A DNA stretch of 64,000 nucleotides from an uncultured Gemmatimonadales bacterium (GTDB lineage Bacteria; Gemmatimonadota; Gemmatimonadetes; Longimicrobiales; RSA9). The translations under genes were made by a program, and so were the position numbers. Under the pieces are notes generated by a model, which saw only the letters and a program-made list of their open reading frames with translations, did no database searches and had not been told where the DNA came from. Location: contig CAWCRS010000003.1 of NCBI GenBank assembly GCA_963798085.1, positions 224,001 to 288,000 of the forward strand, in the 5' to 3' direction. Numbering within the stretch: the first letter of the stretch is position 1; every line of letters starts with the position of its first letter. This document shows positions 1-10,681 of this stretch, piece after piece.

Positions 1-1
1 C

Positions 2-346
2 ATGGGTGGGCATCTCGCGGTGGTGACGAATCGTGAGGACGACGTGTGCCCCGAGACGCGCGCCAACCTCCAGGCTGTCGGCATTGCTGCCGACGTCGTG
101 CTCTGCCATGCGCCCGGACCCACAGACAAGAGCCCGCGTTTCCTCGCCGTGGAGCACGGCACTGCAGCGTCCGGCGTTCCCGCGTTCGACGTGCTGATGT
201 GGGTGGGCGACAACATCCAGGACTTTCCGGACCTCTCCCAGGACATCCGTGGTCGCGGCGACGCGGCGTTTGCCGCCTTCGGCTCGCGTTTCATCGTGCT
301 GCCCAACCCGATGTACGGCTCCTGGGAACGGAACCCGGCGCGTTGA
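2..346 (+). CDS. HAD-family acid phosphatase / 5'-nucleotidase lipoprotein e(P4)-like, C-terminal part (truncated by window edge)
   Basis: Motifs VVTNR, VGDNIQDF and FIVLPNPMYGSWE typical of e(P4)-type acid phosphatases. Confidence 0.85.
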   Translation: MGGHLAVVTNREDDVCPETRANLQAVGIAADVVLCHAPGPTDKSPRFLAVEHGTAASGVPAFDVLMWVGDNIQDFPDLSQDIRGRGDAAFAAFGSRFIVLPNPMYGSWERNPAR

Positions 347-578
347 GCGGCAGCGGGATCTCGAGTCCCACGACCGCGCAGTGGAACGCGTCGCCTGACC
401 ACCAGTGCCGACCTGACACACGCGTGTACGGCGCTCTGCCCGCGAGGATCCGCGCGGTACGGCAGCTGCCGGCGCATCCTTCTTGCGCCTGTGTTGCGTC
501 CGGGCACAGAAGAAATCATCACAGGCGACGACGACGCCTCACCTCTCCGCCGCCATGCGGTGGGCATGGAGGGTCCGG

Positions 579-3008
579 GTGGGCATTTTTTCGGGAGATG
601 TACGGCACGCGCTGCGCAGACTGCGTCGCGATCCGCTGTTTGCCGCCATTGCGGTCACCACCCTTGCGGTGGGCATTGGCGCCACCACTGCGCTTTATTC
701 GGTGCTCGATTCGGCTCTGGTCCGCGCACTGCCGTTCCGCGATGCGGACGGACTGGTCTGGGTGTGGGGCACGTTTGGCCGTGATCGTCAGATCCGGGGC
801 GCGTCGTGGCCGGAGGCGATGGACTGGCGCGAGCAGTCGCGCTCCTTCGACGATTTCACGATCTATGATGCGCCCGACCTGACCATGGCGACGCAGGGTG
901 AGGCGAGGCAGGTGTCGGCGGAGGTGGTGAGCCCGGGCTATTTCGAGATGCTGGGCGCCCGGCCGCAGCTGGGGCGCGTGCTGCGTCCGGAAGATGACGT
1001 GGCTAACAGCGAGCCAGTCGTAGTGCTGGGTCACGGCCTGTGGCAGAGCATGTTCGGCGGCGACCCGGACGTGGTGGGGAAGCGCGTGCAGGTCGACGGC
1101 CGGCCCTTCACGGTGGTCGGCGTCATGCGCCAGACGTTCCTGGGACTGTCCTTCCGGGCGGAGGCGTGGACCACGCTGCCCGCGCTGTCGCCCGAGGTGC
1201 TCCCCGAGCGCGGCCAGCGCTGGCTGGGGGTGGTGGTCCGGCTCAAACCCGGTGTTAGTGTGCTGGCGGCGCAGCAGGACCTGGATCGCGTGGCTCTGCA
1301 CCTGGAGCAGCAGCTGCCCGAGCTGAATCTCGACCGGCGCACGCGCGTGATCGGGTTGCGTGACGCCTATCTCTCGTCCACCCGCTCGCTGCTGCTCATC
1401 CTCTTCGGCGCCGTCCTCTTCCTGCTGGTGATCGCCTGCGTCAATGTCACCAACCTGCAGGTGGTCCGCGGCCTCGCGCGGACACACGAGTTATCCTTGC
1501 GCAACGCGCTCGGCGGCAGCCGCGGGCAGCTGGTGCGCCAGCTGCTGATCGAAGGCGTGGTGCTGGCGCTGGTCAGTGCCGTTCTCGGCGCCGGTCTGGC
1601 GTTCTGGGGCATGCAGGGACTCATCACGCTGCTGCCGCAGGGTGCGCTTCCGCCGTTCGTGAACGCATCCATGAACGCGCGCTCCATGGTCTTCGCCGGG
1701 CTGGCCGCGGTGGTGTGCGGCGTGGCGGCAACGCTGGCGCCCGCGTTGCGCGCCACGGGCGGGCAGCTGGCTCGCAACCTGGTGACGGGCACGCGGGTGG
1801 CGGTCCGCATCTCCGGGCGTGACACCGGTGTTCGCATTCAGCACGCGCTGGTCTCCGCCGAGTGCGCGCTGGCTGTCGTGGTGCTCATCGGGGCAGGACT
1901 TCTGGTGCGCAGTTTCCGCGAGCTGACGCGTATCGACCTCGGCTTCCAGGGTCGCAGTGTGCTGGCAGCGCGTGTCGATCTGCCGCCCGCGCAGTACAAT
2001 GCCGCCGCCCGGCTTCGCTTCGCGCGCAGCCTGCTCGAGCGTCTGGAGGGTCGCGCCGGCATCACGAGCGCAGCGGTCACGAGCGATGCGCCGCTGCGGG
2101 GTCATTCCAGCGCCGCCATCCTGCAGCGCGAAGAATTCGATCGCGAACATATCCGTTATTACCGGCACAGCGTCTCGCCCGGGTATTTCGCGACCCTGGG
2201 TGTGCCGCTCATGGCCGGCCGCGACTTCACCGTGGACGACAACACGGGTTCGGATCCGGTGGCGATTGCCAGTGCGACCCTCGCCCAGCGGTTGTGGCCG
2301 CTGGAGGACCCGCTGGGCAAGCGTCTCCGCCTTGGCGGTGGCCCGGGCGCTACCCTCGTGACCATCGTCGGCGTGGTGGGTGACGTGCGCCAGCGTGCGC
2401 TGCGCGCGAATCCGGGTGACGCCGCGGAGGACCCGGACGTTTACTTCCCGTTCGCCCAGCGTACGCCGGCATCCTTCGATCTGCTGGTTGGCGCCGCGTC
2501 AACCCCCGCCGTGGTGCTGACCGGCCTGCGTCAGGACGTCGCGGCGCTCGGTCCAGCGCTGGCCCTGTACAATGCAGGCACCATGGCGAGCGCGATTCGC
2601 AGTCAGACGGCCACGGATCGCTTCGGCTCGCTGCTGCTCACCATCTTCGGCGGGTTGTCACTCGCGCTGGCGGCGGTGGGCGTGTACGGCGTGATGGCGT
2701 TCTTCGTCGGGCAGCGCCGCCGCGAGATGGCCATCCGACTCGCGCTGGGCGCAACACCCGGTTCTGTGCGTGCGCTGGTGTTTCGGCAGGGCGCCGTCAT
2801 GATCGGCGCAGGTGGTGCGGCAGGCATCGCCGTAGCGCTGATAGCGACTCGCCTGCTGACCGCGCTGCTCTATAACGTGCGTCCGACCGATGGCCTCACG
2901 TTCGTGGTTTCGCTGGTCGCATTGCTGATCGCGGGCATCGCCGCGATCAATGCGCCGGCCCGCCGCGCGCTGCGCGTCGAGCCACAGGCCGTGCTCGGCA
3001 ACAACTGA
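579..3008 (+). CDS. ADOP-family duplicated ABC transporter permease (MacB_PCD/FtsX x2)
   Basis: DVRHALRRLRR..F..IAVTTLAVGIGATTA N-terminus, LLVIACVNVTNL, RRREMAIRLALGA; GTG start at 579 with GGAGG upstream. Confidence 0.9.
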   Translation: MGIFSGDVRHALRRLRRDPLFAAIAVTTLAVGIGATTALYSVLDSALVRALPFRDADGLVWVWGTFGRDRQIRGASWPEAMDWREQSRSFDDFTIYDAPDLTMATQGEARQVSAEVVSPGYFEMLGARPQLGRVLRPEDDVANSEPVVVLGHGLWQSMFGGDPDVVGKRVQVDGRPFTVVGVMRQTFLGLSFRAEAWTTLPALSPEVLPERGQRWLGVVVRLKPGVSVLAAQQDLDRVALHLEQQLPELNLDRRTRVIGLRDAYLSSTRSLLLILFGAVLFLLVIACVNVTNLQVVRGLARTHELSLRNALGGSRGQLVRQLLIEGVVLALVSAVLGAGLAFWGMQGLITLLPQGALPPFVNASMNARSMVFAGLAAVVCGVAATLAPALRATGGQLARNLVTGTRVAVRISGRDTGVRIQHALVSAECALAVVVLIGAGLLVRSFRELTRIDLGFQGRSVLAARVDLPPAQYNAAARLRFARSLLERLEGRAGITSAAVTSDAPLRGHSSAAILQREEFDREHIRYYRHSVSPGYFATLGVPLMAGRDFTVDDNTGSDPVAIASATLAQRLWPLEDPLGKRLRLGGGPGATLVTIVGVVGDVRQRALRANPGDAAEDPDVYFPFAQRTPASFDLLVGAASTPAVVLTGLRQDVAALGPALALYNAGTMASAIRSQTATDRFGSLLLTIFGGLSLALAAVGVYGVMAFFVGQRRREMAIRLALGATPGSVRALVFRQGAVMIGAGGAAGIAVALIATRLLTALLYNVRPTDGLTFVVSLVALLIAGIAAINAPARRALRVEPQAVLGNN

Positions 3009-3019
3009 ATTCCCGCACG

Positions 3020-4396
3020 TCAGGCATCGGCGCCCACGGCGTGACCTGCATCGTGGGCCGGCCACGTAATCACGAAGCGATTGCGGTCGCGGTCACGCAG
3101 GCACTGCAGCTCGCCTGCGTGCGCTTCCGCGATCCATTGCACGATGGCCAGTCCCAGACCGCGACCTTCCGCGCGCTGGCCCCAGTCATCCGCGGGCAGC
3201 TGCACGGGCTCGCCGCGGCTGGACACCGCCATCATGGCGCGACCCTCTTCGACCCGAGCCGAGACCACAATGGGGCCCCCGGCCGCGCCGTGTTTCAGCG
3301 CGTTCTCCAGCAGCTCGAGCAGTGCTTCCCGCAGCAGTGCGTCGTTGCCCCGGACCACATCCGCGCTGACGTTGTCCAGCTCCAGTGTGTGCCCCGAAGC
3401 CTGCGCCCTTCGTCGCATGAGATCCGTGCATTCGAGCACGACCGCGTCCAGCTCCACTGCATCGCGTACCGGCGGCCGTTCACCCGCCTCGGCCTGCGCC
3501 AGCAGGAACAGCTCCTCGACACGGTGCGACATCTGCTCCGCCGCCCGGCCAATGCGCTCCAGCACGTGCCGGTATTCCTGCGCGTCGCGCGCCCGTTCCA
3601 GGCTGAGCGCGCTCTCGCCGCGCACGAGTGTGAGCGGCGTCTTCAGCTGATGCGCCGCGCGCGCCAGAAAGGCCCGGTTCCGGTCCCTCGCCTCCGCCAG
3701 GCGTTCTAACAGCCTGTTGAACTGGTCCGCCAGGCGGTCCAGCTCATCGTGCGGCACGTTCACCGGCAGCCGCCGCCCGAGGTTCTCGGGCGCAATTCCC
3801 GCAATCGCCGCGGTCATGGCGCCCAGCGGTCGCAGCACCCGGCCGGCGAGCAGGTACCCGGCCACCAGGGCGAAGAGTACGACGCCGGGTACGCTGAACA
3901 GCAGCCAGTCGGTCACCACTTCCTTGAATTCGCGCAGGTTGTGCGTGGAGCGCCCGGCGAGGATGCGCAGCTGCGGCGGCGCCGCCCCGTCGACTGCGAT
4001 CCAGCGCGCCGCCTGCACACCATCGCCCTGCGACCAGGGCGCGCCGCCCGCGTGGTCCATGGCGGCGGTCGCTCGGCCTCCGGTGAGCACACGCTGCGGT
4101 CCGCGCCGGCCGAGTTCCAGCCCGCGGCCGTCGACGGCGATCAGCGCGTCGCGCTCATCGGGCCATTCCGCAAGAGCGTCATCGACCGCCGCCGGCAGGG
4201 TCAGTCCCTCGACATTCTGTTCGCGCCGCACCGCGGCCAGGGCGCCTTCGGCGGCCGTGAGCAGATCGCGATCGAAGCGCCGTTCGGCGTCGCGGCGCAG
4301 CCAGGTCCAGAGACCGAGATCGGTGGCGGCCACGACCAGCAGCACGACGCCGGCGAAGGCGCCAGACAGCTTCAGGCGCAGGCGGCTATACCGCAT
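3020..4396 (-). CDS. HAMP-domain sensor histidine kinase (atypical H and G1 boxes)
   Basis: Two TM helices, HAMP (DELDRLADQFNRLLERL), H-box AAHQLKTPL, N-box ELLENALKHG, G2 GRGLGLAIV; ATG at 4396 overlaps the response regulator end. Confidence 0.88.
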   Translation of the reverse strand: MRYSRLRLKLSGAFAGVVLLVVAATDLGLWTWLRRDAERRFDRDLLTAAEGALAAVRREQNVEGLTLPAAVDDALAEWPDERDALIAVDGRGLELGRRGPQRVLTGGRATAAMDHAGGAPWSQGDGVQAARWIAVDGAAPPQLRILAGRSTHNLREFKEVVTDWLLFSVPGVVLFALVAGYLLAGRVLRPLGAMTAAIAGIAPENLGRRLPVNVPHDELDRLADQFNRLLERLAEARDRNRAFLARAAHQLKTPLTLVRGESALSLERARDAQEYRHVLERIGRAAEQMSHRVEELFLLAQAEAGERPPVRDAVELDAVVLECTDLMRRRAQASGHTLELDNVSADVVRGNDALLREALLELLENALKHGAAGGPIVVSARVEEGRAMMAVSSRGEPVQLPADDWGQRAEGRGLGLAIVQWIAEAHAGELQCLRDRDRNRFVITWPAHDAGHAVGADA

Positions 4397-5075
4397 CGGT
4401 TGGCCGGTGCAGCGAGAGTTCGTAACCCATCCCGCGCACCGTGTGCAGCAGCTGGGTTTCTCCCGGCAGCGCGATCTTGCGCCGCACGCGCCCCACCAGC
4501 ACATCGACCGCGTTCGCGACGGGGTCGAAGTTGTCGTCCCACACGTGCTCGAGAATGCGTGCGCGGCTGTGCACGCGCTCGGGGTTGCGCATGAGGAACT
4601 CGAGCAGCGCATATTCGCGCGCCGTCAACCGGATGACACGGTTCCCCCGCCGCGCGGTGCGCGTCGCCGTGTTCAGCTCGAGATCGGCGACCATGAGACG
4701 CACATCCAGCGGCGACGGCGGGCGGCGCAGCAGTGCGCGCAGACGGGCCAGCAGTTCTTCGATAGCAAAGGGTTTGGCCAGATAGTCGTCGGCGCCCGCA
4801 TCCAGGCCCACTACCCGGTCGTGCAGCCCGCTGCGTGCCGTCAGCATGAGGATGGGCGTACGCCCGCCCTGCGCGCGATACTGCCGGCACACCTGCACGC
4901 CGTCCGCATCGGGCAGACCCAGGTCGAGAATGGCCACATCGTAGTCGGTGACCGCCAGCGCCTGCAGCGCCGCATCCGCGCGCGGCACGACATCGGGCGC
5001 CCACGCGGCTTCGCGCAGTGCACGCGCCAGCAGGTCGGCTACCGCCGGCTCATCTTCAATGATCAGGACACGCAT
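4386..5075 (-). CDS. OmpR/CusR-family DNA-binding response regulator
   Basis: MRVLIIEDE, ILDLGLPD, GADDYLAKPF receiver domain; winged-helix C-terminus LHTVRGMGY. Confidence 0.95.
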   Translation of the reverse strand: MRVLIIEDEPAVADLLARALREAAWAPDVVPRADAALQALAVTDYDVAILDLGLPDADGVQVCRQYRAQGGRTPILMLTARSGLHDRVVGLDAGADDYLAKPFAIEELLARLRALLRRPPSPLDVRLMVADLELNTATRTARRGNRVIRLTAREYALLEFLMRNPERVHSRARILEHVWDDNFDPVANAVDVLVGRVRRKIALPGETQLLHTVRGMGYELSLHRPTDAV

Positions 5076-5292
5076 GAATCGCTTCCGCTGTCAGGTTGCA
5101 TTCACTGCCTGTGTTCCGGATCATAGGGCCTCGTGCGCTTGTCGTACACAGGACGCATGCGTCATTATGCCGTCATGGCGCGAGGCTAGGTTGGCGGGTT
5201 GCGCTGCCGTCAGGCTGCACACGTCGAAGCCGGGTGCTGATCTCGCACGTGGGCCATTCAGAAAACGCAATGAATCCCTATTGCCCTGGGGT

Positions 5293-6516
5293 ATGACCGA
5301 CACAGCCAAGCGCGCCCGCCGCACCGTCCCGGCGCTGGCGGGCATGATGCTGGTTCTGTGCGGCCCCGTGGCAGCGCAGCGACCGTTGACGTACGAAGAC
5401 GCGATCCGGCAGGCCCTCGCCGCCGGTGCCGCGATCGGTTTGGCGCGTGCCGATTCCGCAGTGGCCGCGGCCGGCCTGCTCGGCGCGCGAGCCTACAGCA
5501 ATCCACTGGTGTCAACGGGCTACACCGATGACCCGCCTCAGTACCACGCGCTGTTCGAGCAGCCGCTCGACTTTTTCGGACCGCGCGGAGCGCATGTTCG
5601 CGCTGCCAGAGCGAGTGTAACCGCGGCGGCGTACCGTCTCGAGCTGGAGCGCGCGCGCATCCGTTTCAATGTGACGCTCGCCTACACCGACGCCTCTGCG
5701 GCGCAGCGCACGGCCAGTCTGTCGGCGCGCGCCGCTGCCGACGCGCAGGAGCTGGCGCGCATTGCGCGGGCGCGCCGCGACCAGGGTGATGCCAGTGATC
5801 TCGACGTGGGTCTGGCCACGCTGAATGCCGGTCAGCTCGCCAACCGTGCCAGTGCCGATTCGGTCGCAACCATCGACGCCCTGATCACACTTCAGCTGTT
5901 GCTCGGCCAGTCCGGCAATGTCCTGCAGATCGCCCTCGCCGATTCGCTCGAGTCGCTGCAATCCGTGCCCGCGGCCGGCGCCCGGCGACCGCTGAGCCTG
6001 ATGGTTGCCGATGCCGACCTGCGCGCCCGCCAGCTGGACTTCGCTTTCGAGCGACGCAGCCGATTCCAGGCGCCTTCCATTCAGGCCGGCTTCGATACGC
6101 ACGATCCCACCACCCACGAATCGAAGCTCCTGCCCTTGTTCAGCATCGCGATACCGCTGCCGCTGCTCGATCCCAATCGTGGCGGCACGGCAACGGCGCG
6201 CGCGGAGGTCGATCGCGCAACGATCGCGCTCGCAGCTGCGGAGCGGGAAAGTGCGGCGGCCATCGCCCGTGCGCAGCGCGACGTGGCTGCGGCTTCTGCA
6301 AGGCTGGACCGCGATCGGCAGTTCGTGCAGGATGCCGAGCGCCTCGCCGGTCTGGTTAACGCGGCATACCGTGAGGGTGCCTATCCGATCACCAGTGTGC
6401 TCGAGGCGCAGCGCAATGTGCGCAATGTGCTGAGCCAGTACACCGATGACGCGGCGGCGCTCGTGCGGGCGAGAGCCGCGCTCGCCCTGGCTACCACAGG
6501 AGCGCCCGGCCAATGA
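5293..6516 (+). CDS. TolC-family outer membrane efflux protein
   Basis: Signal peptide, Ala-rich helical repeats, AYREGAYPITSVLEAQR motif; first gene of efflux operon. Confidence 0.88.
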   Translation: MTDTAKRARRTVPALAGMMLVLCGPVAAQRPLTYEDAIRQALAAGAAIGLARADSAVAAAGLLGARAYSNPLVSTGYTDDPPQYHALFEQPLDFFGPRGAHVRAARASVTAAAYRLELERARIRFNVTLAYTDASAAQRTASLSARAAADAQELARIARARRDQGDASDLDVGLATLNAGQLANRASADSVATIDALITLQLLLGQSGNVLQIALADSLESLQSVPAAGARRPLSLMVADADLRARQLDFAFERRSRFQAPSIQAGFDTHDPTTHESKLLPLFSIAIPLPLLDPNRGGTATARAEVDRATIALAAAERESAAAIARAQRDVAAASARLDRDRQFVQDAERLAGLVNAAYREGAYPITSVLEAQRNVRNVLSQYTDDAAALVRARAALALATTGAPGQ

Positions 6517-7556
6517 CTCGACGAATTCTGACACTCGGTGTTGCCTTGCTCTGCGCGTGCCAGCGTGGCGACGGCGAGGCGGAGGCCGAGGGCGTGATGA
6601 TGGTGCACACCGAAGCTGTCGCCAGCGAAGCGTTTCCGGTAACGGTCGGGTCCATTGGCGTGGTCACATCGCGGCCGGGCGGCGTCGCGGAACTGGCGGC
6701 GCCGGGCTCGTCGCGCATCACGGCGATCCATGTGGGCCCTGGCGACGCGGTGAAGGCAGGCGAACTGCTGCTGTCGCTCGATCACTCCGTGTGGGATGCC
6801 AATGTCGCGGAATCGGAAGCCGCAGTGGAGGCGGCGCAACGCGCGCACGAACGCGCCGTCCGCCTTTCCGAACAAGGCATTGGTCCGCGCAAGGATGTCG
6901 AGCAGGCGGCGGCGGATCTGGCGCGTGCACAGGCCGCGCTCGCTTCTGCGAAGCGGACGCGCTCGCTCGCCGATCTGCGGTCACCCATTGCTGGTGTGGT
7001 GGACAGCCTCGACGCATCGCTCGAAGAGACTGTCGCCGAAGGCACAGTCCTCGTGCGCGTTGTCGACCCCCGCGATCTGGAAGTGGTTTTCCGCCTGCCG
7101 CCCGATCAGGCGACCCGTGTTCACATCGGCCAGGCTGCGGACATGGGTCCGGGTCCGCGCGACTCCTTGAGTCAGTGGAGCGCAAGCGGCCACGTCGTAG
7201 CCATCGCGCCCGGCATCGAGTCCGGAAGTGGCGCCGTGCCCGTGCGCGTCGCCGTGACGAAATCGACGCGCACGCTGCGTCTCGGCGAGGTGTTGGACGG
7301 CCGCATCGAGGTCGCTCGCCATCAGAACGCGCTGGTGGTGCCCGTCAATGCCATCGCAGAGCAGACCGGGCCGGATGGCATCGTCTTCACCGTGGGCAAT
7401 GACAGCCTCGCCCATCTGCGCAACGTGAAGATCGGAGCGAGAACCGGCGATCGTGTCGAAATCCTGCAGGGATTGCAGGCCGGCGAACACGTTGTTACAG
7501 GCGGCGCCTACGCCGTGCGTGATTCCACGCATGTGAGGGTCGGGGGCGGCTCGTGA
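6513..7556 (+). CDS. RND efflux periplasmic adaptor (MFP), lipoprotein
   Basis: Lipobox LLCAC, lipoyl-like GDAVKAGELL and LRSPIAGVV, C-terminal VEILQGLQAGEHVVTGG; ATGA overlap. Confidence 0.92.
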   Translation: MTRRILTLGVALLCACQRGDGEAEAEGVMMVHTEAVASEAFPVTVGSIGVVTSRPGGVAELAAPGSSRITAIHVGPGDAVKAGELLLSLDHSVWDANVAESEAAVEAAQRAHERAVRLSEQGIGPRKDVEQAAADLARAQAALASAKRTRSLADLRSPIAGVVDSLDASLEETVAEGTVLVRVVDPRDLEVVFRLPPDQATRVHIGQAADMGPGPRDSLSQWSASGHVVAIAPGIESGSGAVPVRVAVTKSTRTLRLGEVLDGRIEVARHQNALVVPVNAIAEQTGPDGIVFTVGNDSLAHLRNVKIGARTGDRVEILQGLQAGEHVVTGGAYAVRDSTHVRVGGGS

Positions 7557-10500
7557 ACCTGTTCAATGCGGTTGTCCGCCAGCGCCGCTTCGTCTACCTC
7601 GTCGTCCTGCTCCTCTTCGCGGCCGGCATCTTCGCGGCGTTCCGGCTGCCTTCCGCGATCTATCCGGAGCTGAAGTTCCCCTACATTACGGTCGTTGCGC
7701 AGGGCACCGCGCTGGCGCCTGACGAGATGGTGTTCAGCGTCACCCGCCCGCTCGAGGAAGCGATCAGCACGGTGCCCGGCGTGCAGCGCGTGCGCTCCAG
7801 TACGATCCGTGGCGCATCCGAGCTGCGCGTCATGTTTGCGCCCAGCACGGACATGCTCGTCGCGCTGCAGCTGCTGCAGTCGCGGCTCGCGGAAGTGCGG
7901 CCTGAATTGCCACCCGAAGTGTCGATTGTTGCCGAACGCATGCTGCCTTCGGTGTTCCCGATCCTCACGTACAATCTGATGGGCGCGGACCCCGCCCGCC
8001 TCTACGACATTGCCCGCTACGAGATCAAACCCGCGCTGTCGCGCATCCCGGGTGTCGGCCGGATCGAAGTGCAGGGAAGCGCCGTCCCCGAGATCGAGGT
8101 GATCGTCGAGCCGGCGCGTCTTGCCGCAGCCGGGCTGACGTATGACGATCTGGCGACGGCGCTGCAGAGCGCTCTCGGCGTTGCCGCGATCGGCCGTGTG
8201 GAAGCCGATTACAAGCAGCTGCTCGTGATCACGGACAATGCCGCGCATTCCGCGGCGGAGGTTGCCGCGGTCGTACTGCCCGGCGGGCTGCGCGTCGGCG
8301 AACTGGCAAGTGTCATCGTGGGCACGCAGGACCGCGTGAGCCTTTTCCGCGGTGACGGCAAGCCGGCGGTCCTGATCAATGTCGCGCGCCAGCCCGATGG
8401 CAACACACTCGAAGTCGCGGATGGCGTGGCGAACGAGATGCGCGCGCTGCAGGCTACCCTGCCCAATGGCGTCCGCGTCCAGCCCGTCTACGACCAGGCG
8501 CTCTTCGTACGCGAGGGTGTGCATTCCGTGCGCGACGCGATTCTCATCGGCGCGTCGCTCGTCGTCATCGTCCTCCTGCTGTTCCTGCGTGCGCCGCGCG
8601 TCACGTTCATCAGCGCACTCACCATCCCGCTCGCGCTCACGATCTCCGTCTTCGTAATGCAGCTGCTTGGTCAGACCTTCAATCTGATGAGTCTGGGCGG
8701 CATGGCGATCGCCGTGGGACTGGTGATCGACGATGCCGTCGTCGTCACGGAAAACATCGTCCGCCACATGGGCCTGCAGCCGTCGCGGCACGAGGCCATT
8801 CGGGAAGCGGTGCGCGAGCTGGTCTGGCCGGTGACGACATCGACCCTGACGACTGTCGTCGTCTTTCTGCCCCTCGGTCTGCTCCAGGGCGTCGTCGGCC
8901 AGTTCTTCGCGGCGCTCTCCATCACACTCGTAACGGCCGTCCTCGTGTCGCTCGCCCTCGCCTTCACGATCGTTCCGGTGCTGTGCGACGACATCATGCC
9001 GGAAGTGCCGGCCGGCGGAGTCCGGCCCGAACGCAGCAACGCCGGATCCCGCAGACGCGGCCCGCTCGATCTCCTGGCCGATTCGGCCACCGCCATTGCC
9101 CGGCGGTACGACCGCGTGCTGCGCGGCGAACTGCGCCATTCGCGCTGGATTCTCGCCGTCATCGTGCTGCTCATTGCCGGCGGCGCGGTGGTCGAGCACT
9201 TCGTGCCGACGGGGTTCCTGCCGGTGATGGATGAAGGCGCGTTCGTGCTCGACTACTGGACACCGGGCGGCACCGCACTGGGCGAGACGGATCGCGAACT
9301 GCATGTCGTCGAAGGCATCCTGGACGAAACGCCCGAGGTAGCAGGCTCGTCACGCCGCACGGGCGCAGAAATGGGCCTCTTCGCGACGCAGCAGAATCGC
9401 GGCGACATCGTCGTTCGGCTGAAGCCGCGCAACCAGCGCTCGCGCGACATCTTCACGGTCATGGACGAGGTGCGCGTCAAGGTCGAGACGCAGGTGCCGC
9501 GCATGCGTGTCGAGTTCATCCAGCTGCTGTCCGATCTCATTGGCGATCTTGCCGGCAACCCGAATCCTCTCGAGATCAAGCTCTTCGGTGACAACCTCAA
9601 TGTCCTCGAGGCGTACGGCCGCGAGATCGGTCCGGACCTGGAGCAGGTCGACGGCGTCGTCGATCTCTTCGACGGCGTCGCCGAGCACGACTTCGAATTG
9701 CGCATGCACGTGAATGAAGCGTCCGCGGCGAGGGCCGGCCTGACACCGCAGATGGTGTCATCGCAGGTTGCCGCGGCGCTGCTGGGTGCGGAGGCAGGTG
9801 TCGTGCGGGCGGGGGAGCGACCCATCGGCGTTCGCGTGCACGCACCCGACGCCGTGCGCTTCGACCCGGCCCGACTCGGTGCGCTGCCTCTGGCCACACC
9901 GGGCGGCATGCGCGTCCCGCTCTCCGCCACAGCGACGTTGCGACCCGGCGAATCGCGCTCGGAGCTGCTGCGCGAGAACCAGCGCCCCATGATCCTGGTG
10001 ACCGGCGGTGTGGAAGGACGCTCACTGCGCAGCGTGATGAATGACGTCCGCGCCGTGCTGGCCGCGCATCCCGCGCCCGCCGGTGTGCGCGCCGAGCTGG
10101 GCGGCCAGTATGCCAGTCAGCAGGCAGCGTTCGTCAGCCTCATGCTGGTTCTGGGTATTGCCGCCCTGTGCGTCGTCGCGGTGATGCTGGTGCAGTTCGA
10201 GTCCTTCATCGAGCCTCTCATCATTCTGCTCGTCGCGCCGCTCTCCTTCATCGGCAGCGGCGCACTGCTGCTGCTCACTAACACGCCGCTCAACGTGTCA
10301 TCGATCATGGGCATGATCCTGCTCGTCGGGCTGGTGGTGAAGAACGGCATCCTGCTGCTGGACTTCACACGCTATCGCATGCGCTACATGCGTGAGAACC
10401 TGGGCACGGCGATCGCGACCGCCGCCGGCACCCGGCTGCGGCCCATCCTGATGACCACCATCGCCACGCTGGTCGGCCTGCTCCCGCTCGCCCTCGGCAT

Positions 10501-10645
10501 TGGCGCCGGCGCCGAACAGCAGCGCCCTCTCGCCTTCGCCGTGCTGGGCGGCCTCGCCCTGTCGACGCCCATTACGCTCTTCATTGTTCCCGCACTGACC
10601 GTGCTGATCCGCGGCCGCGACTACATGCTGCCGGAGGAGCCCTGA
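7553..10645 (+). CDS. RND efflux transporter permease subunit (AcrB/CzcA superfamily)
   Basis: 1030 aa; GLVIDDAVVVTEN, VKNGILL and RLRPILMTT proton-relay motifs. Confidence 0.95.
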   Translation: MNLFNAVVRQRRFVYLVVLLLFAAGIFAAFRLPSAIYPELKFPYITVVAQGTALAPDEMVFSVTRPLEEAISTVPGVQRVRSSTIRGASELRVMFAPSTDMLVALQLLQSRLAEVRPELPPEVSIVAERMLPSVFPILTYNLMGADPARLYDIARYEIKPALSRIPGVGRIEVQGSAVPEIEVIVEPARLAAAGLTYDDLATALQSALGVAAIGRVEADYKQLLVITDNAAHSAAEVAAVVLPGGLRVGELASVIVGTQDRVSLFRGDGKPAVLINVARQPDGNTLEVADGVANEMRALQATLPNGVRVQPVYDQALFVREGVHSVRDAILIGASLVVIVLLLFLRAPRVTFISALTIPLALTISVFVMQLLGQTFNLMSLGGMAIAVGLVIDDAVVVTENIVRHMGLQPSRHEAIREAVRELVWPVTTSTLTTVVVFLPLGLLQGVVGQFFAALSITLVTAVLVSLALAFTIVPVLCDDIMPEVPAGGVRPERSNAGSRRRGPLDLLADSATAIARRYDRVLRGELRHSRWILAVIVLLIAGGAVVEHFVPTGFLPVMDEGAFVLDYWTPGGTALGETDRELHVVEGILDETPEVAGSSRRTGAEMGLFATQQNRGDIVVRLKPRNQRSRDIFTVMDEVRVKVETQVPRMRVEFIQLLSDLIGDLAGNPNPLEIKLFGDNLNVLEAYGREIGPDLEQVDGVVDLFDGVAEHDFELRMHVNEASAARAGLTPQMVSSQVAAALLGAEAGVVRAGERPIGVRVHAPDAVRFDPARLGALPLATPGGMRVPLSATATLRPGESRSELLRENQRPMILVTGGVEGRSLRSVMNDVRAVLAAHPAPAGVRAELGGQYASQQAAFVSLMLVLGIAALCVVAVMLVQFESFIEPLIILLVAPLSFIGSGALLLLTNTPLNVSSIMGMILLVGLVVKNGILLLDFTRYRMRYMRENLGTAIATAAGTRLRPILMTTIATLVGLLPLALGIGAGAEQQRPLAFAVLGGLALSTPITLFIVPALTVLIRGRDYMLPEEP

Positions 10646-10681
10646 GGCCGGCTGAACCCACGCTGTCTCGCCTGCCGTCCG

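Noticed and set aside
7508..9304. Long antisense ORFs (also 14408-16333, 20973-22661, 61270-63480)
   Set aside because: Shadow ORFs opposite well-supported genes, expected from high-GC codon bias
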